64,000 nt of DNA from an uncultured bacterium (GCA_964548165.1 CAZJQD010000008.1:1979-65978), one strand, 5' to 3'. Counted from the first letter of the stretch, positions 35,181 through 45,153 are shown. Notes: generated by a model not told the origin, from the sequence alone. Translations and numbers: made by a program.

Positions 35181-35986
35181 TCCCCGGCGTGCCCTGGATG
35201 TTCGCGGGCGGCGGGCGCATGGCCGGCGCCATGCTGCAGGGGCTGGTATCCCGCGGCGCCGTTGCGTCGTCGCTGGCGGTGGCCGATCCCGATCCCGCGA
35301 CGCGCGCCGCGCTGGGCCGGACCCTCTCCATGACACGCTTGCATTCCTCCGTCGAGACCATGGTGGGCGCGGAGTCCGGCGGCCTTGTCCTGGCCGTCAA
35401 GCCCCAGCAGATGGACGCCGTGCTCGCGGCCGTGGCGGGCCGTCACTTTCCGGTCGTCGTCTCGATTGCCGCGGGCATTCCGACGGCGCGTATCGAGCAG
35501 GCCCTGGCTCCCGGGACCCCCGTGGTCCGGGCCATGCCCAACACGCCCGCTCTCGTGGGCAAGGGGATCACGGCGATCGCCCCGGGACGCACCGCCGGGA
35601 GAGAAGCGATGGGCCTGGCCCGTGACCTCATGGGGGCGATCGGCGAGGTCGTGGAGCTGGCCGAGGATCAGATCGACGCCGTCACCGCGATCTCGGGATC
35701 GGGTCCCGCCTACTTCTTCCTCTTCATGCAGGCCCTCCAGGAGGCGGGCGTGGCGCTCGGTCTCGCTCCCGATGTCGCGCTCAGGCTGGTTCTCGGAACC
35801 GCCGAAGGGGCCGTGGCCCTGGCCCGGCACCAGGAGGGGGATTTTACCGCGATGATCGCGGCCGTCACCTCCAAGGGCGGCACCACCGAGAGAGCGCTCG
35901 AGGCGCTCCGCCGACGCGACCTGCCGGGCGCGGTCCGAGAGGGGGCCGAGGCAGCCGCCGCGCGGGCCCGGGAGCTGGCGGGATGA
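35177..35986 (+). CDS. proC: pyrroline-5-carboxylate reductase ProC
   Basis: N-terminal Rossmann region (MFAGGGRMAGAMLQGL…), P5CR dimerisation domain (…ISGSGPAYFFLFMQALQEAGVALGL…TSKGGTTERALEAL…). Start is either GTG 35177 or ATG 35198. Confidence 0.85.
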   Translation: MIPGVPWMFAGGGRMAGAMLQGLVSRGAVASSLAVADPDPATRAALGRTLSMTRLHSSVETMVGAESGGLVLAVKPQQMDAVLAAVAGRHFPVVVSIAAGIPTARIEQALAPGTPVVRAMPNTPALVGKGITAIAPGRTAGREAMGLARDLMGAIGEVVELAEDQIDAVTAISGSGPAYFFLFMQALQEAGVALGLAPDVALRLVLGTAEGAVALARHQEGDFTAMIAAVTSKGGTTERALEALRRRDLPGAVREGAEAAAARARELAG

Positions 35987-36291
35987 TCATCGCCGCCAAC
36001 GCATTGCATGGCCTGGCGCTCGTCCTCGATTTCATCCTCGGTGCCTATCTCTGGATCGTGATCGGCGCCGCGGTGGTCAGCTGGGTCGGCGCCGATCCGT
36101 GGAATCCCATCGTTCGCTTCCTGCGACAAGCCACGGATCCCGTCTATCGCCGGATCCGGCGGATGCTTCCGTTTCTCGCCTCGGGTGGCCTGGATTTCAC
36201 CCCCCTGGTCGTGATCGCGATCATCTACTTCCTGCAGGCCGCCCTGGTGGGCTCGCTCTATGACTATGCGAGGATCCTCAAACTTTCCTGA
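35983..36291 (+). CDS. yggT: YggT-family integral membrane protein
   Basis: ATGA overlap with proC. About 100 aa, 2-3 TM helices. Conserved proC-yggT linkage. Confidence 0.7.
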   Translation: MIIAANALHGLALVLDFILGAYLWIVIGAAVVSWVGADPWNPIVRFLRQATDPVYRRIRRMLPFLASGGLDFTPLVVIAIIYFLQAALVGSLYDYARILKLS

Positions 36292-36403
36292 CTCTCCACG
36301 GGGTTCTGATACACTGCGCCCTCGCTGGGCGGCGAGATCATGAAACGCGCCCGGCCCCCCCGCGACCTCGAGGGGAGCGCGGAGGATTTACCAGGAGGAA
36401 CGC

Positions 36404-37267
36404 GTGAGCGGATCTGAGGGACTCATCGGAGTCATCGGCGGCAGCGGCATCTACCAGATGGAAGGCCTCGTGGACGTGGAGGAGATCCGCGTCGACACGC
36501 CCTACGGATCGCCGTCCGACGCGATCATCCTGGGCACGCTCTCGGGACGCCGTTGCGCCTTTCTCCCGCGGCATGGCCGGGGGCACCGTCTCCTGCCGCG
36601 CGAAGTCCCCTCCCACGCCAATCTCTATGCCCTCAAGAGCCTCGGTTGCGACTGGGTGCTGGCGCTCTCGGCGGTTGGTTCGCTCAAGGAGGACGTCAGG
36701 CCCCGCGACGTCGTCATTCCCGACCAGGTCGTCGACGGGACGCGTCAGCGGCACGGTACCTGGTTCGGCGACGGGATCGTGGCTCACGTCTCGATGGCCG
36801 ATCCCTTCTGCCCCGTGCTCCGCCGCGCGCTCGTCGACAGCTGTCGCGCGCTCGGGGTGAGCGTGCACGACGGAGGAACCTACTACTGCATGGAGGGGCC
36901 GGCCTTCTCCACGAAGGCGGAATCCGCCGTGAACCGTTCCTTCGGCCACAGCGTCGTCGGCATGACCGCGCTCCCGGAAGCTCGGCTGGCCCGCGAGGCC
37001 GAGCTGGCCTACGCGCTCGTCGCGCTCTCCACGGACTACGACGTCTGGCACGAGTCGGGGGAGGTCTCCGTCGAACTCGTCCTGGAGAACCTGCACGCGA
37101 ACGCGCGCAACGTCCAGCGGATCGTCAAGGACGTGGTAGGGAAGATTCCCCGCGAGCGGACGAGCCCCGCGCACGAGGCTCTCCGGGGGGCGATCATGAC
37201 CGATCGCAAGCTCTGGCCGCCGGCCACCATCGAGCGGCTCGGGATCATCGTGGAGAAGTACGCGTGA
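36404..37267 (+). CDS. mtnP: S-methyl-5'-thioadenosine phosphorylase (MTAP/MtnP, PNP family)
   Basis: GTG with SD AGGAGG. IGVIGGSGIYQMEGL…LPRHGRGHRLLP…ALSAVGSL…HVSMADPFC…YYCMEGPAFSTKAES…VVGMTALPEARLAREAELAYAL. Confidence 0.85.
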   Translation: MSGSEGLIGVIGGSGIYQMEGLVDVEEIRVDTPYGSPSDAIILGTLSGRRCAFLPRHGRGHRLLPREVPSHANLYALKSLGCDWVLALSAVGSLKEDVRPRDVVIPDQVVDGTRQRHGTWFGDGIVAHVSMADPFCPVLRRALVDSCRALGVSVHDGGTYYCMEGPAFSTKAESAVNRSFGHSVVGMTALPEARLAREAELAYALVALSTDYDVWHESGEVSVELVLENLHANARNVQRIVKDVVGKIPRERTSPAHEALRGAIMTDRKLWPPATIERLGIIVEKYA

Positions 37268-38982
37268 GCGCGGCGTATGGCAAGGAACACCTGGGATCGC
37301 TCCTCGTGCGCGCCGGCGTCCTCAAGGAGTCGGATCTCAAGGCCGCCCTCGACGAAGCGCAGAGCGACAATCGCCGACTCGGCGACGTGCTGATAGCGCG
37401 GGGACTCACGACCGAGGACCAGATCCAGCACTTCCTCAGCATTCAGCTGGGCTACCCGACCATCGACCTCGATCGGACCTGGATCGACCCCGAGGTCGCG
37501 CACGCCCTGCCGGAAAAGTTCGCGCGCCGCTACGGCGTGCTTCCGCTCTACCGCGCCGACGCCTCGGGAGGCCAGGCCGTGGTCGTGGCCATGACCGATC
37601 CCACCGACATCGTGGTGCAGGACGAGATTCGCAACGCGCTCGGGCAGGAGATCTTCGTGGTGATGTGCCTTCCGCGCAGCGCCATGGATCGCCACCTCGA
37701 CCGCCTCTGGCTCTCCGCCCCCGTCGTCGTGGAGGAGCCCGCCAGCGCCGCGGTCACGGAGTCGGCGCCCCCGCTCCTGCCGCTGGGCGGCGAGGAACTC
37801 AAGCCCTCCGTCGCCAGGCTCCTGGAGACGCTCTTCAAGCAGGCCCTGGATCTGCGGGCGTCCTCCGTGCATCTCGAGCCCAAGCAGAAATTCGTCTCGG
37901 TTCGCTATCGCATCGATGGGCAGTACACCAACGTCACCTCGCTGCCCCGGGACCTCTACCAGGCCGTCTTGACGCGGCTCAAGATCCTCGGGAAGCTGAC
38001 GGTTGGCGAGGCCGTGCAGGTGCTCGAGGAGGGGCGCTTTCATCTCCGTCCCGACCTGGTGGCGCCGCCCATCGATATCCGCGTGAGCATCGTTCCCGCG
38101 CTCTTCGGCGAGAAAGTAGTCCTTCGGATCACGCGGCGCTCGGAGATCATCCGTCCCCTGGCGGACCTGGGGTTCGAGGCCGGGCAGACCAGGGAGCTGG
38201 ACGAGCTCCTGGCGGCCCCTGCCGGCCTGATCCTGGTTGCCGGAAAGAATGATTCCGGCAAGACCACGACCGCGTACTCGTGCCTCTCCGTGATGGGAGG
38301 ACCCTCGACGATGATCGTCACGATCGAGGATCCCCCTGCCTACCCGGTGTCGAGTTTCAACCAGTTGAGAAAAGTGCACCTGCCGGAGACCCCGGAGACC
38401 GCCGCCTGGGACATGACCGTCAAGGCGGTGGAGAGACAGGAGCCGAACCTCGTGTACATGTCGAGCGTGGAGACGCGTGACGAGGTCAAGATGATGCTCA
38501 GGCTCGCCGCAACCGGTCGGCGGGTCCTGGCCACGCTCTTCGCCGATGACGCCGTCTCCGCCCACTGGGTTGCTCTCCAGCTGGGCGCCGACTCGTTTGC
38601 CATCGGATCGGTTCTAGCCGGCGTGATCAACGCCCGCCTCGTCCGCCTGCTCTGCCCTCATTGCCGCCGCCCCGCCCAGGCGCCGCCGCCGGACGCCGTG
38701 CTCGCGCGGTTGGAGCTCACGCGCGACTGGTTGAAGGGGAAGACACTCTACGCCGCCGTCGGATGCGAACTGTGCGGCGGTCACGGGTACCTGGGCCGGA
38801 CCGGCGTCTTCGAGGTTTTGACCGTGAAGGAACATCTCCGGGAGATGGTCGAGTCCAAGGTGCCATCCGACCTCATGCGCCGAGCCGCGATCGAGGCCGG
38901 CATGATGCCGCTCAGGGAGGCCGGATTGGCCAAGGTCCTGCGCGGGGAGACCACCATCGAGGAACTCGCCAGCCGCATCTAA
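37264..38982 (+). CDS. GspE/PilB-family ATPase-like protein with an N-terminal MshEN (T2SSE_N) domain; both c-di-GMP-binding motifs intact, His-box degenerate (likely regulatory pseudo-ATPase or divergent ATPase)
   Basis: GTG start overlaps the mtnP stop (GTGA). MshEN 24-residue motifs HLGSLLVRAGVLKESDLKAALDEAQ and RLGDVLIARGLTTEDQIQHFLSIQ. P-loop VAGKNDSGKTTT. Asp box IEDPPAYP. Walker-B-like YMSSVETRDEV. His box LVLSTLHTNDA replaced by RVLATLFADDA. Tetracysteine CPHC…CELC retained. Confidence 0.8.
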   Translation: MSAAYGKEHLGSLLVRAGVLKESDLKAALDEAQSDNRRLGDVLIARGLTTEDQIQHFLSIQLGYPTIDLDRTWIDPEVAHALPEKFARRYGVLPLYRADASGGQAVVVAMTDPTDIVVQDEIRNALGQEIFVVMCLPRSAMDRHLDRLWLSAPVVVEEPASAAVTESAPPLLPLGGEELKPSVARLLETLFKQALDLRASSVHLEPKQKFVSVRYRIDGQYTNVTSLPRDLYQAVLTRLKILGKLTVGEAVQVLEEGRFHLRPDLVAPPIDIRVSIVPALFGEKVVLRITRRSEIIRPLADLGFEAGQTRELDELLAAPAGLILVAGKNDSGKTTTAYSCLSVMGGPSTMIVTIEDPPAYPVSSFNQLRKVHLPETPETAAWDMTVKAVERQEPNLVYMSSVETRDEVKMMLRLAATGRRVLATLFADDAVSAHWVALQLGADSFAIGSVLAGVINARLVRLLCPHCRRPAQAPPPDAVLARLELTRDWLKGKTLYAAVGCELCGGHGYLGRTGVFEVLTVKEHLREMVESKVPSDLMRRAAIEAGMMPLREAGLAKVLRGETTIEELASRI

Positions 38983-39025
38983 TTTTGTAACCCCGGGGCC
39001 CTAATCGGCCGATAGGTCGATCGAT

Positions 39026-41116
39026 ATGGGTTCGTGGGCTCGCATAGGCGCCTTGTCATTCCTCGCGTTCACCGCCGTGGGTGCCTTCGGCTACTACGGG
39101 CGGCAGGGGGGGCTCGATGCCGCCGCCGGGTTCTCGCTCATGGGCGCCGCGGTGGGGGCCGAGGCGCGGATCAAGGAAGTTCTCCAGGAAAATCCCTCGG
39201 ACATCGAGGCCTGGATGCAGCTTGGGGATTTCTACCAGGAACATCGCCGGCTTCCGGAGGCGCTGGGGGCCTATGAGCAGGCGGCCCTGATCTCGGCCGG
39301 CGAACCGGGTGCGGTCCTGCGCCTGGCACAGGTCCAGATTCGCCTTGGCGCGCTGCTCGACGCCGAGACGCGCGTGGCGGGGCTCCTGGCCGCGCGGCCC
39401 GTCGACTCGGCGGCCATCAAGGTGCTCGGATGGATCGCCGTTCACCGGGCCATGGATGGCGCCGTGGGGATCGATGGCCTGTCGCCCGATCCCGAGCGCC
39501 TGGCGGAGGCGGATCGCCGATTCGCACGCGCGCTACGCATTTCGCCCGACGACGCCGAGGCTTTCCTTGGCCGCGCGGTCGTGGCCAGGCTCGAGGGCCG
39601 CGATGTCTCCGCGCTCGCCCTGGCCGAGGAAGCCATCGATCGAGACAGCGCCTTGTATTGGCCCTGGCAGATCCGCGGCGAGATCCTGGTCGACCTGGGG
39701 CGCGATTCTGACGCCCAGGCCGCCCTGGCGGGCGCCCGGGCCCGGGATCGGGGCCGCCCCTACTCGCTCATGGAGATGGCCGCGCTCTCTCGTCGTCTCA
39801 AGCGCCCCGAAGAAGCCGCCGCGTTCATGGCGGGAGTCGGACCTGATGGCGCGTTCAATCGCGGCGCCGACCTCCTGGCCGCCAACAGGCCCGCCGAGGC
39901 CGAGGCGGCCTTCCTGGACGCGCTCCTCGCGGATCCCGAGGATGACCTGGCGATGGATCGGCTCGAGAGAGTCCGGCTCCTCATCTATCCGGCTGACGAT
40001 ACGCGGCGCGTGGAGCTTGCGGACCGGCGTCTTTTGAAGGCCGCCCGGTCCGAAGCGGTCAACAACACGCTCCTGGCCTACCTGCATTACCGCCGCGCCG
40101 TCGCCCTGGCGCCTCAGCTCTCCGAGGCTCGGCTCAAGATGGCCCGGTTCTTCGAGCGCCAGGGATCCTTCACCTCCGCGGTCACGCAGTTGCGTCGCGT
40201 CGAGGAGCTGACGCGGTCCCAGACCGAGCGGCTCGTGGCCTCGGACCTCCTCGAGATGATCACCCGGCGGGCGCTCACCGAGATGGAGTCGACTCATGCC
40301 GTGAGTTTCGGGGCGATCTGGGAACAGCCGACCGGGGTCCTGGGCGAGCTCGTGGGCAACCCCGAGGTCCTGGAGGAGCGAATACGATGGAGCGTGACGC
40401 CCGTGCCTCGGCCCAGGTTGCGCGTCGCCATCCTTCCTTTCGCCGAGGCCCTGAGGCCCTTTCACGCGGGGGTCGGCCGGTTGAGTGGGGAATGGCTGTC
40501 GGGAACGCTGGGCCTCCTGCCGGGCTTCGAGCTCATTCCTGCCGCCGAGGTCGAGGCGGCCATGGCGCGGCATGGATTCACCAATCCCGACGCGATCGAT
40601 CCGGGATTGCTGGGCAAGGAACTCGGCGCCGAGCTGATCGTGCGCGGGCGCATCCTGGAGGCGCGCGAGGACGTGACGCTCCGGGTCGAGGCGGTCCTCG
40701 TTCCCGTCGGCCCCGTGGTCTGGCGGCAGGAGTACGCGGTTCGAGGAGGTGAGGCGCTGACACGAACCATCCTCGAAGCTGCGCGCGCGCTCGCCTGGCA
40801 CGCGCCCCTGGAAGGGACCGTCGTCCGGCGCCGAGACCGGAACCTGGTCACGGTCAACCTGGGCCGGGCCTATGGCGTCCGCATCGGGGATACGATGGTG
40901 ATCGAACGGCGCGGGCTCGAACTGTTCGCCCCGGGATATGACTGGCCCGGCCGCCGCGCCGACGTGATCGGCGAAGGGAGGGTTGTGGGGCTGACGGAAC
41001 GCTATGCCGAAGTGCGCTTGTTGCCGACAACGACCCCGGCTTCGGGCGTAGAAGCCCGACCCTCGACGCCCACGCAACTCGTCCGCGCGGGCGATATCGT
41101 TCGTCGCCGGCGATAA
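39026..41116 (+). CDS. TPR-repeat protein with signal/TM anchor and an uncharacterised C-terminal alpha/beta domain, hypothetical
   Basis: N-terminal hydrophobic segment. About 350 aa of TPR-like Ala/Leu-rich repeats. C-terminal ~250 aa (…RLRVAILPFAEAL…VTVNLGRAYGVRIGDTMVIERRG…) of unknown family. Confidence 0.5.
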   Translation: MGSWARIGALSFLAFTAVGAFGYYGRQGGLDAAAGFSLMGAAVGAEARIKEVLQENPSDIEAWMQLGDFYQEHRRLPEALGAYEQAALISAGEPGAVLRLAQVQIRLGALLDAETRVAGLLAARPVDSAAIKVLGWIAVHRAMDGAVGIDGLSPDPERLAEADRRFARALRISPDDAEAFLGRAVVARLEGRDVSALALAEEAIDRDSALYWPWQIRGEILVDLGRDSDAQAALAGARARDRGRPYSLMEMAALSRRLKRPEEAAAFMAGVGPDGAFNRGADLLAANRPAEAEAAFLDALLADPEDDLAMDRLERVRLLIYPADDTRRVELADRRLLKAARSEAVNNTLLAYLHYRRAVALAPQLSEARLKMARFFERQGSFTSAVTQLRRVEELTRSQTERLVASDLLEMITRRALTEMESTHAVSFGAIWEQPTGVLGELVGNPEVLEERIRWSVTPVPRPRLRVAILPFAEALRPFHAGVGRLSGEWLSGTLGLLPGFELIPAAEVEAAMARHGFTNPDAIDPGLLGKELGAELIVRGRILEAREDVTLRVEAVLVPVGPVVWRQEYAVRGGEALTRTILEAARALAWHAPLEGTVVRRRDRNLVTVNLGRAYGVRIGDTMVIERRGLELFAPGYDWPGRRADVIGEGRVVGLTERYAEVRLLPTTTPASGVEARPSTPTQLVRAGDIVRRRR

Positions 41117-41187
41117 TCAAGGGAGTGCGGAACGGGTGGCAGGAAGTCGCTCCAAGGGCTAGGATATCCCTCGCCAGAGGCCTCTTG

Positions 41188-42456
41188 ATGACACCCCATT
41201 GCCAAGTCCCGTCCTCCCCGGGCCCCTCTTCGGGCGGACGTTTCGCTCCGGGCGCCCGCAAGCCCCGCCTGCTCCACCGGTCTGCCCGTGCCTCGATCGT
41301 GGCGTTCCTGGTGAGCTTGGCCTGTCACGAACCCGCCGCCGCCCGGATTGGATACGGGGTTGCGTCCATCGACGACGCCTCGACGCTCTGGGCTCAAACC
41401 TGGGAGATCAAGCTCGGTCTCGAGGCCGGCGCCAATTACCGGCTCGAGGGAAGCGATGTCACGGCCGTCAGGGTGCCCACCCAGATCCGCTACGGGTGGC
41501 GCGAGCGCCTGGAGTGGGGATTCCTCCTGCCCTTTCTCTACCAGCAGACCGACAATAATAAGTTCGACGGGAGCGGGATTGGCGATATTGCCATCGCCTT
41601 GAAATACCAGATGACGCAGGACGAGGAGAACTACCCGGCCACGGCCACGGAGGTACGCCTGGGCTACGGCGCGGGAACGGCCACGGCCAGCGACGCGCTC
41701 TCGATTGCGATCAACTACGCTGTCTCGAAGTCCTTCGGTGAGCGCGGCGTCGCCCACGGAAACCTGGGCTACACGTTCTTCACCGCCGATCGGCAGGACG
41801 TTCTCAGCTGGGGAGCCGCCTACGATTACCGCTTCCTGGAGACCTTGAGGGGATTCCTCGGGGTCAACTCGGGAAGCCAGATGATGCCCGGGGTGCGAAA
41901 TGACATCATCGCCGAGCTGGGCGTGACCAGGCAGGCCGGTCCCTCGCTCGAGTACCAGCTGGCCGCCGGGATCGGCCTGAACAAGAACAGCCCGGACTGG
42001 CAGGTGCGTTTCGGTTTTACCAAGGAGCTCGGGCGCGGGGCGGGCGAGGCCACGAATTTTCGCAGGGCCGAGTGGAGCCATCCGCCGGCGCCGGGGGCCG
42101 CCGAGATCGTGGCGCGGGGAGAGAATGCGGCACGAACGGGCGATTACACCCTGGCCATATCGTACTATCGCGAGGCGATCACCATCGACTCGTCGCTCCC
42201 CTCGGCCTGGAACAACATGGGAATCGCCTACTTCAAGCTGGGCCGCACGACCGAGGCCATGGAGGCCTATGAAAACGCGGCTAAGCTTGCGCCCGACAAT
42301 GCCGACATATACTTCAACATGGGACTCGCTCATTACAAGTTGGGAGACATCTATGCCGCCCGGCGGGCATTTGCGCGCGCGCTGGAACTGAACCCCGAGC
42401 ACGGGCAGGCGCGGAGCAACCTCTTGTCCCTGGAAGGACGCACGGGAGCGCGATGA
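41188..42456 (+). CDS. predicted outer-membrane beta-barrel protein fused to C-terminal TPR repeats, hypothetical
   Basis: N-terminal half has alternating-hydrophobicity beta-strand pattern with aromatic girdle residues (…YRLEGSDVTAVRVPTQIRYGW…, …QVRFGFTKEL). C-terminal three TPRs (…AWNNMGIAYFKLGRTTEAMEAYENAAKLAPDNADIYFNMGLAHYKLGDIYAARRAFARALELNPEH…). Start uncertain. Confidence 0.45.
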   Translation: MTPHCQVPSSPGPSSGGRFAPGARKPRLLHRSARASIVAFLVSLACHEPAAARIGYGVASIDDASTLWAQTWEIKLGLEAGANYRLEGSDVTAVRVPTQIRYGWRERLEWGFLLPFLYQQTDNNKFDGSGIGDIAIALKYQMTQDEENYPATATEVRLGYGAGTATASDALSIAINYAVSKSFGERGVAHGNLGYTFFTADRQDVLSWGAAYDYRFLETLRGFLGVNSGSQMMPGVRNDIIAELGVTRQAGPSLEYQLAAGIGLNKNSPDWQVRFGFTKELGRGAGEATNFRRAEWSHPPAPGAAEIVARGENAARTGDYTLAISYYREAITIDSSLPSAWNNMGIAYFKLGRTTEAMEAYENAAKLAPDNADIYFNMGLAHYKLGDIYAARRAFARALELNPEHGQARSNLLSLEGRTGAR

Positions 42457-42890
42457 AAAACCTGATCATTATTGCCCTGGTTCTTGCCGCGGGCTGGTTC
42501 GGCTGGCAGAAGTTCACCCAGGGATACTGGGCCTCCGCCACGGCCAGGGACTTCGTCGAGGAACTGCGCCTCGGGATGGACAGCGGTTACCTCTCCAAGG
42601 CGATCAGCAGCTGGCAACCCCCGCTCCCGGAGAAGCAGCTGACGCTTCCGGCCGAGGGGATATCACCGGATTTCACGGTGACCATGGACAGCGAGCCCGT
42701 CCAGATCGCCGGGCGCACGACGATCTACTACCTCGTCACGTTCGGGAAGTCGCCCGTGGCCACGGGCGGTCGAAGCCTGCGCTACGAGTATCGCCTTACG
42801 CTCGTCAACGAGGGGACGAATTTCATCCCCAAGTGGACGACGGTCATGTTTCATCCCACGTCTCGCCGTGCGAATCGCGACGCGGCCTGA
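42453..42890 (+). CDS. small secreted/membrane-anchored hypothetical protein
   Basis: ATGA overlap with the upstream gene. N-terminal signal-anchor MKNLIIIALVLAAGWFGW. Confidence 0.45.
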   Translation: MKNLIIIALVLAAGWFGWQKFTQGYWASATARDFVEELRLGMDSGYLSKAISSWQPPLPEKQLTLPAEGISPDFTVTMDSEPVQIAGRTTIYYLVTFGKSPVATGGRSLRYEYRLTLVNEGTNFIPKWTTVMFHPTSRRANRDAA

Positions 42891-45153
42891 CGCCCTCCGC
42901 GTTCCCGTGAGGACTCCAGGCCATTCCGCCGGCACGGTCCTCGCCCTGTTCCTTCTCGTCGTTTCGGCCGGAGGCCTTGCCGAGGCCGCGTCGCAGAGCG
43001 TGCAGTTGCAGCAAGCGCGGCGGCTCTTCGAGGCCGGTCGCTACGCGCAGGCGATCGGGGAGTTCCGGCGGATCGCCGCGAGCGGTGAGAACACATCCGA
43101 GGCCGTGATCGCCGGGTACTACGTGGGGCTGACCGAGGAGAGGCGCGGCAACCGCGATGGCGCCATCACGGCCTATCGGGCGCTCTTGTCGCGCCATGGA
43201 GAATCCACGGAGATGGCGGGTTTCGCGCGCCAGAGGCTCAGGGAGCTCGAGTCCGGGGCGCCGCCTCGTGCGGCCGAGGTCTCCGACGCCGCCGTTGCCC
43301 CCGCGGTGCCGGCGCCCGACGTGACTACCACCGCGGCGCCGACGGCGGTCGATCGCCTCGCGCAGTCCGTGCTCTCGGACATCATGAGCAGCGATCGCGG
43401 CGCGGCACGCGTGTCGCGTCGCGCTCCGCCGTCTCGCCGCTCGCCTCGCCCGATCGCGGCGTCGCCGGCCCCCGTCTGGCCGAGCGCCGGGGGCGGATCC
43501 TCCTCCGCAGGAGCGGATTTTCCCGTCGCGCCCGAAGCGAGCTTTCCGATCGCGTCGGCCCTGGGCCCTGTTCCGGGCCCCTCGGCGATGGCACCCCGCT
43601 ATCCCTCTCCGTCCGCGGTGCCGGATTACCCCCTGGTGACCAGCATCACGTGGGGCCAGGGGGCAAGCGCCCCCTCCCGCGGCACGCTAGCCACATCCTC
43701 ACCGGACGCCACCATGGAGCCCGCTGCTGTCCAGTCCACCGGGTATCAACCCCTGGGCGAGGATGTCGCACGAGCCACTCACGTGCGCCGATCGATGCCG
43801 ACGACGGCGTTGGCGACGGACGTCTCGTCGCCCGGCGCTGGGCGACCGGTGGCTGCCTCGACGGCGCCAGTCGTGACCTGGGAAGTGTCGGTGGAGCCGG
43901 CCGCATCACCGGTGACACGCCCGGCGGGGCGAGTTCCCCCTCCAGCCTCGGGCACTGCGCTCGGTGGACCTCGAGGTTTTGCATGGCCGCAAGGCGATCC
44001 GGAGGGACTTCCTCCACTCGGGGCCTCCAGGCCCTCGTTCTCGCCGATCGCCATTCCGGCTGATGTGCCGTCGCTCTTGGGGTCCGATCCGCGCTCCGCT
44101 GGCGGATCACCTTCCCCGCTACCGGCGCCGCGTTCAGCGTCCCCGACCCCGGCGCCAGGAGGCGAGGTTGGCCCAGCGCAGGTGCCCCCCCCGTCTCCGG
44201 TCCCGGCGCCGCTCCCCGCCGCGCGTCCTGAAGATCGCGCCGCCGCTCTCGGAACTGCGCCTTGGGCGGGACTTTCCGTTGGAGCGCCGGTTGGTGTCTC
44301 TCTGCCCGCGCTCACGGTCGAGGAATTGGCCCCTGCTCCCCAGGTCAATCCTTCACCGACACCGCAGGCCGCGACGGCGCCGGTTCAGCCCCTGGAGGGG
44401 TGGTTGCTTCCCAGCCCCTCCGCGGTATCCCCGATCTCCCAGGATCCCTATTCCCTTCCCGCCCCTCTGCCGGCCAGCGGCGGTTCCGTCGGCGGTGACT
44501 TCGGCGATCTATCCCTTCCTTCGCCGTCCTTGACCGCGAGTGTCGGCATTCCCTCGGGCGCCCGGCCACCCTCGGTGAGCGCCCTCGATCAACCCCTGGC
44601 GCCGATCGAGCTGGCCCCGACCGGTGTCCCGGGTCAGACGCTCGCCGCGCCCGGTCCCTCGGCGCCCTGGGTCGAGAAGGCGCTCTCGTTGAAGCGGTTG
44701 GGACAATATCCCGAGGCGATCGAGGCCTACCGCCAGGCGCTCCTCGTGGACACCGGGAATCCCGTCGTCTTGAACAACCTTGCCGATCTCCTGGTGGAGC
44801 AGGGCGGGGACCTCGACGAGGCGATCCGGCTCGTCAAGGACGCGCTCGCCGCGGAGATCGCCGATCGGGGACCCTATTTTTCGACCCTGGGATGGGCCTA
44901 CGCGCGTCGTGGCGACCTGGACGAGGCGGAAAAATATCTCGACGAGGCCGTCAGAGTCGCGGCGACGGCCAGCCGGCTTTATCGTCGCGGCAGGGTCTAC
45001 GCCGCCCTGGGGCAGGCTGCGAGGGCCAGGGCCGACTTCGATCGGGCGCTCGTGTATGCTGAGGACGCCGCCACGGCTTCGCTGGTGCGCCAGGCCCTGG
45101 CGGAGATGGATCAACCGATCCCGGGTCAAGGAACACCCGGGATCATCCGATAA
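42868..45153 (+). CDS. secreted TPR protein with a ~450-aa Pro/Ser/Ala-rich low-complexity core, hypothetical
   Basis: Signal peptide (…AGTVLALFLLVVSAGGLAEA). N-terminal TPR-like repeats. Long PxxP/SP-rich disordered region. C-terminal TPRs (…ALSLKRLGQYPEAIEAYRQALLVD…). Alternative GTG start at 42907. Confidence 0.5.
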   Translation: MRIATRPDALRVPVRTPGHSAGTVLALFLLVVSAGGLAEAASQSVQLQQARRLFEAGRYAQAIGEFRRIAASGENTSEAVIAGYYVGLTEERRGNRDGAITAYRALLSRHGESTEMAGFARQRLRELESGAPPRAAEVSDAAVAPAVPAPDVTTTAAPTAVDRLAQSVLSDIMSSDRGAARVSRRAPPSRRSPRPIAASPAPVWPSAGGGSSSAGADFPVAPEASFPIASALGPVPGPSAMAPRYPSPSAVPDYPLVTSITWGQGASAPSRGTLATSSPDATMEPAAVQSTGYQPLGEDVARATHVRRSMPTTALATDVSSPGAGRPVAASTAPVVTWEVSVEPAASPVTRPAGRVPPPASGTALGGPRGFAWPQGDPEGLPPLGASRPSFSPIAIPADVPSLLGSDPRSAGGSPSPLPAPRSASPTPAPGGEVGPAQVPPPSPVPAPLPAARPEDRAAALGTAPWAGLSVGAPVGVSLPALTVEELAPAPQVNPSPTPQAATAPVQPLEGWLLPSPSAVSPISQDPYSLPAPLPASGGSVGGDFGDLSLPSPSLTASVGIPSGARPPSVSALDQPLAPIELAPTGVPGQTLAAPGPSAPWVEKALSLKRLGQYPEAIEAYRQALLVDTGNPVVLNNLADLLVEQGGDLDEAIRLVKDALAAEIADRGPYFSTLGWAYARRGDLDEAEKYLDEAVRVAATASRLYRRGRVYAALGQAARARADFDRALVYAEDAATASLVRQALAEMDQPIPGQGTPGIIR

